Origin: Lachnospiraceae bacterium
Lineage (GTDB): Bacteria; Bacillota; Clostridia; Lachnospirales; Lachnospiraceae
Length of the DNA stretch: 64,000 bases
Assembly: GCA_017619635.1 (NCBI GenBank)
Contig: JAFZRZ010000064.1
Location: forward strand, 20,707 to 84,706
Direction: 5' to 3'
Shown here: positions 44,011-53,845 of the stretch, piece by piece
How positions within the stretch are numbered: the first letter of the stretch is position 1
Layout: every line of letters begins with the position of its first letter
Notes under the pieces: model-generated
Told to the model about the DNA's origin: nothing
Seen by the model: the letters and a program-made list of their open reading frames with translations, nothing else
The model's database searches: none
Translations under genes and position numbers: made by a program

Positions 44011-44025
44011 GAAAGGCAATCAGAA

Positions 44026-44901
44026 ATGGAAAATTACAGAGAAGCGATCAAAGACAAACAGAGGATAGTTATAAAGATAGGATCGTCTTCATTACAGCAT
44101 CCCGAAACGGGAGATCTCGATTATACAAAACTGGATGTTCTTGTAAGAGAACTTTGTAACTTAAGAAACCAGGGCAAGGATGTTGTCCTTGTAAGTTCAG
44201 GTGCCATCGCCGTAGGTAAAAAGGCCATTGGAAAATATGCTGTCACACTGGAGAGCAAAAAGATGGGCTTTAAGCAGGCATGTGCAGCAATTGGTCAGGC
44301 AAGACTCATGATGACATATCAGAAGCTTTTTGCCGAGTACAATCAGATAGCTGCTCAGATACTGATGACAAAGAACACCATTACCGATGATGTGAATCGT
44401 ACAAATGCGTTCAATACGTTCACAGAGCTTTTAAGACTCGGAGTAATCCCGATAGTAAATGAGAATGATACGGTCTCAACATATGAGATCTTACTTGATG
44501 ACGATGATATGCTTATCGGTGATAACGATACACTGAGTGCCATAGTTGCAAATCTTATCAATGCGGACCTTTTGATACTTTTGTCAGATATAGACGGATT
44601 GTATACTGACGATCCTAGAAAGAATCCCGATTCAAAGTTTATTGAGTATGTTGATGTATTGGATGAGAAGTACATGAACATGGGAAAGGCTTCGACCGGA
44701 TCGAGTGTTGGTACGGGAGGCATGAACACAAAGATGAATGCTGCCAAGATAGCGACAAGCGCAGGTGCTGACATGATAATAGCAAACAGCAAGGATATAC
44801 GTATCATTCACAGGATAATGGACGGAAGAAACATAGGCACGTTCTTTGCTGCTCATGAAGACAAGAATTTCAACGTAATAGATTTCATAAACGGTAAATA
44901 A
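44026..44901 (+). CDS. proB: Glutamate 5-kinase (short form without PUA domain)
   Basis: The motifs VIKIGSSSL, VLVSSGAIAVG, NENDTVS, GDNDTLSA and GTGGMNTK are present. A 7-aa acidic insertion (LLDDDDM) precedes the GDND motif. Confidence 0.9.
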   Translation: MENYREAIKDKQRIVIKIGSSSLQHPETGDLDYTKLDVLVRELCNLRNQGKDVVLVSSGAIAVGKKAIGKYAVTLESKKMGFKQACAAIGQARLMMTYQKLFAEYNQIAAQILMTKNTITDDVNRTNAFNTFTELLRLGVIPIVNENDTVSTYEILLDDDDMLIGDNDTLSAIVANLINADLLILLSDIDGLYTDDPRKNPDSKFIEYVDVLDEKYMNMGKASTGSSVGTGGMNTKMNAAKIATSAGADMIIANSKDIRIIHRIMDGRNIGTFFAAHEDKNFNVIDFINGK

Positions 44902-44902
44902 C

Positions 44903-45121
44903 ATGAACATGGAAGAAAAGATAGCCCGTATAAACGAGCTGTATCATAAATCAAAATCCGAAGTCGGACTTACTGAAGAGGAAAAGAAAGAACAGGCTGA
45001 GCTTCGAAGAGACTACATAGACAGCATAAAGAAGAATCTAAGATCTCAGCTTAACAACATCAATATACAGGAAAAAGACGGAAGTATAACCAACCTTGGA
45101 AAGAAATTTGGTAACAAATAA
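44903..45121 (+). CDS. DUF896/UPF0291 (YnzC-like) small protein
   Basis: 72 aa. RINELYHKSKSEVGLTEEEKKEQAELRRDYIDSIKKNLRSQL matches the family pattern. Confidence 0.7.
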   Translation: MNMEEKIARINELYHKSKSEVGLTEEEKKEQAELRRDYIDSIKKNLRSQLNNINIQEKDGSITNLGKKFGNK

Positions 45122-45671
45122 AAAGATCATAAGAAAAGAACTTCTTGCAAAGAGAAATTCACTTGATAAAGATCTGATCGATTCGTACTCAAAGGCTATT
45201 ACCGATATGGTCTTATCTCTTGATGAATTTAAAAAAGCAAAGACAGTGCTTCTATATTCATCGTTTGCGAGTGAAGTAAAGACCGATCTTCTTATAGATA
45301 CAGCACTAAAAGATAAAGAGGTGTACCTCCCAAGAGTAGAAGGTGAGGATATGAATTTTTATCTGATCGCGTCTAAAGAAGAACTGGTAAATGGCGCATG
45401 GGGGATACAGGAACCAAAAGGAGATCCGGATAAGATCTTTAAAGGTGATAAAGATGCAGTGGTGATAATGCCGCTTGTCGGATATGACAGAAGCGGAAAC
45501 AGGATCGGTTACGGAAAAGGTTACTATGACAGATTCCTTGTATCACACGAGACAGGGATTAGGATAGGCATCGCATACAGTCTGCAGGAATGTGAGATAA
45601 CTCCAGAAGAAACTGATATAAGATTTGATAAACTGGTGAATGAAAACGGGATTATAGTCACCCGGAGGTGA
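45096..45671 (+). CDS. 5-formyltetrahydrofolate cyclo-ligase
   Basis: The motifs KKIIRKELLAKRNSL, GIQEP and MPLVGYDRSGNRIGYGKGYYDRFL are present. The start is uncertain (TTG at 45096 or 45108), and both overlap the end of the DUF896 gene. Confidence 0.75.
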   Translation: MERNLVTNKKIIRKELLAKRNSLDKDLIDSYSKAITDMVLSLDEFKKAKTVLLYSSFASEVKTDLLIDTALKDKEVYLPRVEGEDMNFYLIASKEELVNGAWGIQEPKGDPDKIFKGDKDAVVIMPLVGYDRSGNRIGYGKGYYDRFLVSHETGIRIGIAYSLQECEITPEETDIRFDKLVNENGIIVTRR

Positions 45672-45676
45672 AAAGG

Positions 45677-46924
45677 ATGACAGATTTTAAAGAGATATCA
45701 AAGAAAGCACTTAAAGCAAAGAGTTTTATGAACAAACTCGATACAGATAAGAGAAACGAAGCGCTTTTAAAGGTTGCTGAGAATCTTATCAAAGACAAAG
45801 ACAGCATACTTCAGGCGAATAAAAAGGATATAGAAAGAGCTGTTGCGGCAAACATGAATGAAGGCCGTATGGACAGATTAAAGCTCGATGACAAGCGTAT
45901 AGCGCAGATGGCTGAAGGCGTAAGACAGGTAGCAGAGCTTCCTGATCCCCTTGGACATGTTTTAAAAGAATATACACATGCCAACGGAATGGTGATCAAA
46001 AAGGTATCTGTTCCTTTCGGTGTTGTGGGCATCATATATGAGAACAGACCCAATGTCACCGTTGATGCATGGGCACTTACTTTCAAAGCCGGAAATGTTG
46101 TTATCTTAAAGGGCGGAAGTGATGCCATTGAATCCAATATAGCCATAACAAAGAGTATCAAAGACACTTTGAATGAGCTTTCGATCGATGAGAATGCCAT
46201 CATCCTTATTGAGGATACCGACAGGGCTGTGGCAACAGAGTTCATGAAGCAGAAGAGCTTTGTTGATGTTCTCATTCCCAGAGGCGGTGCAGGACTAATC
46301 AAAACTGTAGTGGAGAACAGTCTTATACCCGTTATCGAAACCGGAACAGGAAACTGTCATATCTATATTGATGAGGACTTCGATCTTGATAAAGCTCTTG
46401 ATATCATATATAACGCCAAGACTCAGAGGATCGGTGTATGTAATGCGGCAGAGAGTCTCGTTGTTAATAAGAAGTCTCTGGAAAAGATCCTTCCTGCAAT
46501 GGAAAAGAGACTTGCAGAAAAGAATGTTGAACTGAGAGCTGATGATGACTCGATCGGTTATTTGACCGGCGGAGTCAAGGCAACTGAAGAGGATTTCTAT
46601 AAAGAGTATCTCGATTATATAATGTCGATCAAAACAGTCAACAATTTGGATGAGGCTATAGAGCATATAAATGAATGCAGCACAGGACATTCAGAATGCA
46701 TAATAAGCAATATACAGAGCAATATCGACAGATTCCTAAAGGAGATCGATTCTGCCTGCGTTTATGCGAATGTATCGACCAGATTCTCAGACGGCTTTGA
46801 GTTTGGTCTGGGTGCGGAGATAGGAATAAGCACTCAGAAACTCCATGCAAGAGGTCCAATGGGACTTAATGAACTGACAACATATAAGTATATAATCACC
46901 GGAAACGGACAGGTCAGACAATGA
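45677..46924 (+). CDS. proA: Glutamate-5-semialdehyde dehydrogenase (gamma-glutamyl phosphate reductase)
   Basis: GGAGG lies 8 nt before ATG 45677; the track GTG 45668 lies within the RBS. Motifs: IYENRPNVT, LIPRGGAGLI, TGNCHIYID, CNAAESLVV. Confidence 0.9.
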   Translation: MTDFKEISKKALKAKSFMNKLDTDKRNEALLKVAENLIKDKDSILQANKKDIERAVAANMNEGRMDRLKLDDKRIAQMAEGVRQVAELPDPLGHVLKEYTHANGMVIKKVSVPFGVVGIIYENRPNVTVDAWALTFKAGNVVILKGGSDAIESNIAITKSIKDTLNELSIDENAIILIEDTDRAVATEFMKQKSFVDVLIPRGGAGLIKTVVENSLIPVIETGTGNCHIYIDEDFDLDKALDIIYNAKTQRIGVCNAAESLVVNKKSLEKILPAMEKRLAEKNVELRADDDSIGYLTGGVKATEEDFYKEYLDYIMSIKTVNNLDEAIEHINECSTGHSECIISNIQSNIDRFLKEIDSACVYANVSTRFSDGFEFGLGAEIGISTQKLHARGPMGLNELTTYKYIITGNGQVRQ

Positions 46925-48327
46925 CATCATCCAATGAATCAATAAGACAACATGAATATATAGAAAAGCTTAAGGAGGTAACGGCTGATCTTTGTAAAAA
47001 GACAGGCCATGTTCCGAAAGCAAATGTGACAACGTTCGGATGTCAGATGAACGCAAAAGACAGTGAGAAACTCAAAGGCATACTTGTGTCAGGCGGTTTT
47101 GATCTGACTGAGAGTGAAGATGATGCTGACTTTGTCATAATGAACACATGCACCATAAGGGATAATGCAGACCAGAAGGTTTATGGGCATCTCGGAGTCC
47201 TTAATCATCTTAAGAAGAAAAATAAGTTTCTTAAGATCGCTCTTTGCGGATGCATGATGCAGGAAAAGACTGTTATCGATAAGATAAGGGAGAGTTACAG
47301 GTTCGTTGATCTTATCTTTGGTACGCACAATATTTACAAATTCGCTGAGCTCCTTTACAGAATGTACACAGAAGATGCAGGCATGATAATAGATATCTGG
47401 GATTCTACTCCCGAGATAGTCGAGGATCTTCCTGCTGTTAGAAAGTATCCCTTTAAATCGGGTGTTAACATCATGTTCGGATGCAATAACTTCTGCACAT
47501 ACTGTATAGTGCCCTATGTGAGAGGCAGGGAAAGAAGCCGTGAACCGGAAGAGATCATCAAAGAGATAAAAGATCTTGTTGACGACGGCTGTATTGAGAT
47601 AATGCTTCTTGGACAGAATGTTAATTCGTACGGAAAAGGTTTATCGCAGGAGATCACTTTTGCTGAGCTTTTAAGACGTATTGAAGAGATAGAAGGTCTT
47701 GAGAGGATCAGATTCATGACTTCTCATCCGAAGGATCTTTCCGATGAGCTCATAGACGTGATGGCATCTTCAAAAAAGATATGCAAACATCTTCATCTTC
47801 CTTTACAGTCAGGTTCAACCAAGATCCTAACAGCAATGAACAGAAGATACACCAAGGAGAGTTATCTTGCTCTTGCCCACAAGATAAGGGAAAGAGTTCC
47901 GGGAATTGCTCTAAGCACCGATATAATCGTCGGATTTCCGGGTGAGACCAAAGAAGATGTTGATGACACTATAGAAGTCATAAAGGAATGCGGCTTTGAA
48001 AACGCATTCACATTCATATATTCCAAGAGAACAGGTACGCCTGCTGCCTCAATGGAACAGTGTGAAGAGAGATTTGTAAAAGAGCAGTTTGACAGGGTAT
48101 TAAAGACAGTTCAGGAAACTGCTGCCACAAAGGTGGGCAGTCTTCTGGGAAGTGTTCAGACGATCCTTGTTGAAGAGATAAATGAACACAAAGAAGGATA
48201 TGTTTCGGGCAGGATGAGCAACAACATCACCGTACATATCAAGGGGGACGGATCTTATATCGGTAAGCTTGTTGATGTTAAGCTTACGGAATCAAAAGGA
48301 TTCTATTATTTCGGCGAAGAGGTTTGA
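46921..48327 (+). CDS. miaB: tRNA-2-methylthio-N6-dimethylallyladenosine synthase (radical SAM methylthiotransferase)
   Basis: N-terminal TFGCQMN, radical-SAM motif CNNFCTYCIVP, and a TRAM-like C-terminus. 4-nt overlap with proA. Confidence 0.9.
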   Translation: MTSSNESIRQHEYIEKLKEVTADLCKKTGHVPKANVTTFGCQMNAKDSEKLKGILVSGGFDLTESEDDADFVIMNTCTIRDNADQKVYGHLGVLNHLKKKNKFLKIALCGCMMQEKTVIDKIRESYRFVDLIFGTHNIYKFAELLYRMYTEDAGMIIDIWDSTPEIVEDLPAVRKYPFKSGVNIMFGCNNFCTYCIVPYVRGRERSREPEEIIKEIKDLVDDGCIEIMLLGQNVNSYGKGLSQEITFAELLRRIEEIEGLERIRFMTSHPKDLSDELIDVMASSKKICKHLHLPLQSGSTKILTAMNRRYTKESYLALAHKIRERVPGIALSTDIIVGFPGETKEDVDDTIEVIKECGFENAFTFIYSKRTGTPAASMEQCEERFVKEQFDRVLKTVQETAATKVGSLLGSVQTILVEEINEHKEGYVSGRMSNNITVHIKGDGSYIGKLVDVKLTESKGFYYFGEEV

Positions 48328-51011
48328 CAACATTGCAGATCAAGGATGTAGACATAGAAAGATTATCTCCTATGATGAAGGAGTATATAAAGACCAAGGA
48401 AGAGGCAGGGGATGCCATCCTTTTGTACAGACTCGGAGATTTCTATGAGATCTTCTTTGAGGATGCGCTCCTTTGTTCAAGAGAACTTGAGATAACTCTT
48501 ACCGGAAAACAGTGCGGACTCGATGAGCGTGCTCCCATGTGCGGAGTGCCTTATCATGCAGTCGATGTCTATGTCAACAGACTGATCAAAAAAGGATACA
48601 AGGTAGCCATCTGCGATCAGATGGAGGATCCCAAACTTGCCAAAGGGCTTGTTAAGAGAGAGATCACACAGATAATCACACCGGGAACAAACACCAGGAG
48701 TGATCTGCTTGATGATAACAGCAATAACTATATCTTTTGCATATGTCATCTTGAGGAGAAGACCGGTATTGCCATGGCGGATGTCACGACCGGTGATTTT
48801 CTCATCACGGAAGTTGATGACAACAGAGCCCTCATGGATGAATTATGCAAATTTTCTCCAAGTGAGATAGTCTGCAATGAGGCATTTCTTGTATGCGGTA
48901 TAGACATGAACGATCTTAAGAACAGGATCGGATGTGTAATATCTCCTTTGGAGCCGCATTTCTTTGATGATGACAGATGCAGAAATATCCTCATCAAACA
49001 TTTTAAAGTTAACAGTATCAATGGGCTCGGTATAGCGGACTTTCCGCATGGCGTAACTGCTGCCGGGGCTCTTTTTATGTATCTGACACAGTTGCAGAAA
49101 TGTGATCTGAGTCATTTTACACACATATATCCGTACGCTTCGGACAGATTCATGCTGATCGACAGTTCCACAAGAAGGAATCTGGAACTTCATGAGACCA
49201 TGCGCGACAAGACCAAGCGCGGAAGCCTTATGTGGATACTCGATAAGACAAAGACTGCGATGGGTGCAAGAATGCTGGGCAGTTATTTAAGACAGCCTCT
49301 TCTTAACAAGGATGAGATAGAATCCAGACTTGATGCGGTTGAAGCCTTATGCAGGGAGCCTGTCGAGAGAGATGAGATCAGAGAGTATCTCAATGCGGTC
49401 TATGATCTTGAAAGACTAATAGGAAAAGTCAGCTACAAATCGATAAAGCCAACAGACATGGTGGCTTTAAAGAATTCGCTTGCGGTCCTTCCGTATATCA
49501 AGATGTTATCGGCAGGTTCAAAAAGCGATCTTATAAGATCACTCAGTGACGGTATAGATGAGCTTAAAGACATATGCAAACTGATAGATGATGCCATCCT
49601 TGAAGAGCCTTCTATAAATGTTAAGGAAGGCGGGATAATAAAAGACGGTTACAGTGAGGATATAGACAGATTAAAAGCAGCCAAACGTGACGGAAAGCAG
49701 TGGCTTGCTCAGCTTGAATCTGCTGAAAAGGAAAGAACGGGTATCCCTAATCTCAGGATAAAGTACAATCATGTATTCGGATACTTCTTTGAGGTCACAA
49801 ACTCATATGTCGGAATGATCCCGGATGACTTTATAAGGAAACAGACTCTCACAAATGCTGAGAGATTCTCAACTCCTAAACTTAAAGAACTCGAGGATGT
49901 AATCCTAAACAGTGAGGACAGACTCATAAACTTGGAATATGAGATCTTCTGCGCTATAAGAGAAAAGATAGCTTTGGAGATCGACAGGATACAGGAGAGC
50001 GCAAGGAGCATAGCTCATCTTGACGCTTTGTGTTCGTTCTCGGTTGTTGCGGAACGTAATGATTATGTGAGACCCTCACTTAACACAAAGGGTGTCATAA
50101 ATATTGAGAACGGAAGACATCCTGTGGTCGAGAAGATGATCGATCACGGAATGTTCATACCAAACGATACTCTGCTTGATAAGAATAAAAACCTGATATC
50201 GATAATAACCGGACCCAACATGGCCGGTAAGTCAACATATATGAGACAGACGGCACTTATCGTTCTGATGGCTCAGATCGGCTCGTTCGTACCTGCCAGC
50301 AAAGCTGATATCGGCATCGTTGACAGGATTTTCACAAGGGTAGGTGCGAGTGATGATCTGGCAAGCGGTCAGTCAACCTTCATGGTGGAGATGAACGAGG
50401 TGTCAAACATCTTAAGGAATGCGACAAGCGACAGTCTTCTTATCCTGGATGAGATAGGAAGGGGAACTTCAACGTTTGACGGCTTGAGTATCGCATGGGC
50501 CGTTGTGGAGCATATAGCAAATACAAAGCTTCTGGGTGCCAAGACTCTTTTTGCGACACATTATCATGAACTGACGGAACTGGAAGGACGTATGAGCAAT
50601 GTGAAGAACTTCTCCATTGCTGTAAAGGAACAGGGAGACGACATCATCTTCTTAAGAAAGATAGTAAAAGGCGGTGCCGACAAATCCTACGGTATCCAGG
50701 TTGCAAAGCTCGCCGGTGTTCCTGACATGGTCATAGACAGGGCAAAAGAGATAGTCGCACAGCTTGTAGACAACGATATAATCGAGAAGATACAGTCAAT
50801 AGAAGTAAAATCGAACAACACAAACAAGAAAGCAAAAGTCGAGCATCTCGATGAGGTTGATCTGGCTCAGATGTCACTCTTTGATACCGTAAAAGATGAG
50901 GATATCATCGAAGAGTTAAAGAATCTGGACATCACGGCTATGACACCACTTGATGCGATGAATGTGCTTTACAAATTTCAGAACAGACTCAATAACAGGT
51001 TTTCTTTTTGA
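48324..51011 (+). CDS. mutS: DNA mismatch repair protein MutS
   Basis: The motifs SPMMKEYIKTKEE, GDFYEIFFEDA, Walker A GPNMAGKSTYMRQ, STFMVEM and DEIGRGTSTFDG are present. TTG start overlaps the miaB stop. Confidence 0.95.
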   Translation: MTTLQIKDVDIERLSPMMKEYIKTKEEAGDAILLYRLGDFYEIFFEDALLCSRELEITLTGKQCGLDERAPMCGVPYHAVDVYVNRLIKKGYKVAICDQMEDPKLAKGLVKREITQIITPGTNTRSDLLDDNSNNYIFCICHLEEKTGIAMADVTTGDFLITEVDDNRALMDELCKFSPSEIVCNEAFLVCGIDMNDLKNRIGCVISPLEPHFFDDDRCRNILIKHFKVNSINGLGIADFPHGVTAAGALFMYLTQLQKCDLSHFTHIYPYASDRFMLIDSSTRRNLELHETMRDKTKRGSLMWILDKTKTAMGARMLGSYLRQPLLNKDEIESRLDAVEALCREPVERDEIREYLNAVYDLERLIGKVSYKSIKPTDMVALKNSLAVLPYIKMLSAGSKSDLIRSLSDGIDELKDICKLIDDAILEEPSINVKEGGIIKDGYSEDIDRLKAAKRDGKQWLAQLESAEKERTGIPNLRIKYNHVFGYFFEVTNSYVGMIPDDFIRKQTLTNAERFSTPKLKELEDVILNSEDRLINLEYEIFCAIREKIALEIDRIQESARSIAHLDALCSFSVVAERNDYVRPSLNTKGVINIENGRHPVVEKMIDHGMFIPNDTLLDKNKNLISIITGPNMAGKSTYMRQTALIVLMAQIGSFVPASKADIGIVDRIFTRVGASDDLASGQSTFMVEMNEVSNILRNATSDSLLILDEIGRGTSTFDGLSIAWAVVEHIANTKLLGAKTLFATHYHELTELEGRMSNVKNFSIAVKEQGDDIIFLRKIVKGGADKSYGIQVAKLAGVPDMVIDRAKEIVAQLVDNDIIEKIQSIEVKSNNTNKKAKVEHLDEVDLAQMSLFDTVKDEDIIEELKNLDITAMTPLDAMNVLYKFQNRLNNRFSF

Positions 51012-51026
51012 TAAAAGGATGATCCT

Positions 51027-52910
51027 ATGGCAAGTATTGAATTGTTAAATGAAGAGACTATCGACAAGATAGCAGCCGGCGAGGTTGTTGAAAGACCTGC
51101 CAGCATAGTGAAAGAGCTCGTGGAGAATGCGATCGACGCGAATGCCACATCCATTACGGTGGAGATAAAGGATGGCGGTATATCGTTCATCCGTATCACC
51201 GACAACGGAAACGGAATAAGAAAAGATGAGGTCAAGAAGGCCTTTTTCAGACATGCCACGAGTAAGTTGAGGAGTGTCAGTGATCTTGAGACACTTAAGA
51301 GTCTTGGCTTCAGAGGGGAGGCTCTGTCCAGCATAGCCGCTGTCTCACAGGTGGAGATGATGACAAAGACTGCTGATGAACTGATCGGGACCAGGTATGT
51401 CATAGAGGGTGCCATAGAAAAAGAATTCAGTGAGATCGGAATACCCGGTGGTACGACCATCATAGTAAGGAACATCTTTTTCAATACTCCCGCAAGACGT
51501 AAATTCTTAAAGTCTTCGCAGACTGAGGCGGGATATATAAGTGACATTTGTGAGCATCTGGCTCTTTCTTCTCCGCATATAGCCTTTAAGTTTATCTCTG
51601 CAGGCCAGTTAAAGTTCAACACATCCGGTGACGGGGATCTTAAAGAGGTGATTTACAGGATCTACGGAAAAGAGATAGCAAGCCAGCTTGTTCCGATATC
51701 AAGGGATTCAAAAGATATAAGCATTTCGGGATATCTCGGAAAGCCTGTCATTAACCGTTCCACAAGAAATTTTGAGAAATTCTTTGTTAACAAGAGGTTT
51801 ATAAAGAGCAATCTTTTGAGCAACAGCGCAGAACTTGGATACAAACAGTATCTTATGCAGCATAAGTTCCCCTTCTTTGTTCTGGATATAAATATAAACA
51901 CAGCTTCTTTGGACGTGAACGTTCATCCGACAAAGATGGAGGTCAAATTCAACAATGAGGAATTCATAGCCGATTTCATAGAGACCTCGATAGAGAGTGC
52001 GCTCCGGGTAAATGAGATGATCCCTGATGTCTTACTCGAAGAGGAAAAGAAAAAGCAGGAGGAAAAGAGCAGGATAAAAGGGCCTGAACCGTTTGAGACA
52101 GCCAGGATACTCGCTGAACAGATAAGCAGTGAAGTAAAGACTGAGGTCAGACCTGAAAATATAAGCTATGAGGTGCTGACGGAGTCCAAACCTGCAAAAC
52201 TTATAGGATTCAGTGAGGAAGAGGAAGAAAAGAAGCCATCAAATGTGATAAAGGCTCACGATGTGGTATATGCCACGAATCCGATACAGATGAACCTCTT
52301 TGACGATAAGCTGATATCACAGGAAGCGCTTTCAAAATATAAGATAATAGGTCAGCTTTTTGGAACATACTGGCTCTTTACGTATGATGATAAACTGCTA
52401 ATAATGGATCAGCATGCAGCGCATGAGAAGATCAAATATGAATCGATAATAAAGAGGTTAAAAACAAGCGAAGTCAACAGACAGCAGCTTGATCCTCCGA
52501 TAATACTTACTCTTGCCGGAAACGAAAGGAGCACACTCGACAGATTTGCGGAAAGCTTCAATGCAATAGGCTATGAGTATGAGGATTTCGGCGGAGGAGA
52601 GATAGCGATCAGAACTGTACCTCTTGATCTGTACGGGCTTAATGAGAAAGAAGTCTTTATGGAAGTGCTCGACGAGCTGGTAGAACTGGGTTCAACACGT
52701 GCTGTTCCCGAGGTGTTTAACGACAGGATAGCAACAATGGCCTGCAAAGCGGCAGTGAAAGGCAATACAGAGATGACTGTTGAGGGAGTGGAAGCTCTTT
52801 TAAAGGAACTGATGACTCTTGAAAATCCTTATAACTGTCCTCACGGCAGACCCACGGTCATCACCATGAGCAAGTACGAGCTTGATAAGAAATTCAAAAG
52901 GATCGTATGA
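51027..52910 (+). CDS. mutL: DNA mismatch repair protein MutL
   Basis: GHKL ATPase motifs AAGEVVERPASIVKELVENAIDA, DNGNGI and LGFRGEALSSI. The C-terminal domain has DQHAAHE and CPHGRPT. Confidence 0.95.
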   Translation: MASIELLNEETIDKIAAGEVVERPASIVKELVENAIDANATSITVEIKDGGISFIRITDNGNGIRKDEVKKAFFRHATSKLRSVSDLETLKSLGFRGEALSSIAAVSQVEMMTKTADELIGTRYVIEGAIEKEFSEIGIPGGTTIIVRNIFFNTPARRKFLKSSQTEAGYISDICEHLALSSPHIAFKFISAGQLKFNTSGDGDLKEVIYRIYGKEIASQLVPISRDSKDISISGYLGKPVINRSTRNFEKFFVNKRFIKSNLLSNSAELGYKQYLMQHKFPFFVLDININTASLDVNVHPTKMEVKFNNEEFIADFIETSIESALRVNEMIPDVLLEEEKKKQEEKSRIKGPEPFETARILAEQISSEVKTEVRPENISYEVLTESKPAKLIGFSEEEEEKKPSNVIKAHDVVYATNPIQMNLFDDKLISQEALSKYKIIGQLFGTYWLFTYDDKLLIMDQHAAHEKIKYESIIKRLKTSEVNRQQLDPPIILTLAGNERSTLDRFAESFNAIGYEYEDFGGGEIAIRTVPLDLYGLNEKEVFMEVLDELVELGSTRAVPEVFNDRIATMACKAAVKGNTEMTVEGVEALLKELMTLENPYNCPHGRPTVITMSKYELDKKFKRIV

Positions 52911-53845
52911 ATAAGATCATAATCATATCTGGACCGACCGGTGTCGGGAAAACAAACATCTCATTAAAACTTGCCAAAAAGATTGGCGGAGAGATAATAA
53001 GCGCAGATTCGATGCAGGTATATAAAGGATTTAATATAGGTTCTGCAAAGATAATGCCTGATCAGATGCAGGGGATCAAACATCACCTGATAGACATTCT
53101 CGATCCATGTACCGAGAACTTTGATGTTGCACTGTTTCAAAAGCTTGCCTCAGAAGCGATAGACGATATCTGTTCAAGAAATAAAGTGCCGATCATAGTT
53201 GGAGGAACTGCGTTTTATATCCAGGCTCTTTTGTACGGGATCGATTTCACGCAGGAGGAGCAGGATGATTCGTACAGGGAGTATCTGTCTCAGTTTGATA
53301 ATGAGAAACTCTATGAGATGCTTAAAGAAACAGATCCCGAATATGCTCTGTCGACCCATATGAACAACCGCAAGCGTGTGATCAGGGCACTTGAATACTT
53401 TAACCATACGGGTATAAAGTTTTCACAGTACAACAAGGAGCAGACTGAAAAGAAAGCCATATATGATTATCTTTACTTTGTTTTGGATGACAGTAGAGAA
53501 ACGATATATGACAACATAAATAAACGTGTTGATATCATGGTAAAAGACGGCCTGCTTGATGAGACAAAGAGACTGCATGGATTAGACCTGCCTCCTAACA
53601 GCAATGCAAGGGTCGGTATAGGATATAAAGAGATGTTTGATCATCTTGACGGAAGACTTACATTTGATGAGGCTGTGGAGCTTATAAAGCTTAACTCCAG
53701 ACACTATGCGAAAAGACAGCTCACATGGTTAAGACATGAGGATGATACGATATTTGTCCGTAAGGATGAATTTGATCATGATGATGAGAGGATGACCGCT
53801 TACATGGCGGATCTTTATGAAAAGATGGACGGATCTAAGAAATGA
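52907..53845 (+). CDS. miaA: tRNA dimethylallyltransferase
   Basis: P-loop GPTGVGKT, ISADSMQVYKGFNIGSAK and YAKRQLTW are present. 4-nt overlap with mutL. Confidence 0.92.
   Translation: MNKIIIISGPTGVGKTNISLKLAKKIGGEIISADSMQVYKGFNIGSAKIMPDQMQGIKHHLIDILDPCTENFDVALFQKLASEAIDDICSRNKVPIIVGGTAFYIQALLYGIDFTQEEQDDSYREYLSQFDNEKLYEMLKETDPEYALSTHMNNRKRVIRALEYFNHTGIKFSQYNKEQTEKKAIYDYLYFVLDDSRETIYDNINKRVDIMVKDGLLDETKRLHGLDLPPNSNARVGIGYKEMFDHLDGRLTFDEAVELIKLNSRHYAKRQLTWLRHEDDTIFVRKDEFDHDDERMTAYMADLYEKMDGSKK

Noticed and set aside
50978-51622. A 214-aa antisense ORF spans the mutS end and the mutL start. Similar long antisense ORFs lie at 55596-56201 (opposite mreB), 30349-30936 (ftsK linker), 1434-1973 (sortase) and 6947-7369.
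   Set aside because: The sense strands encode highly conserved, motif-bearing proteins. The antisense translations are low-complexity (S/L/F/I-rich) and lack initiation signals, so they are most simply explained as chance open frames.
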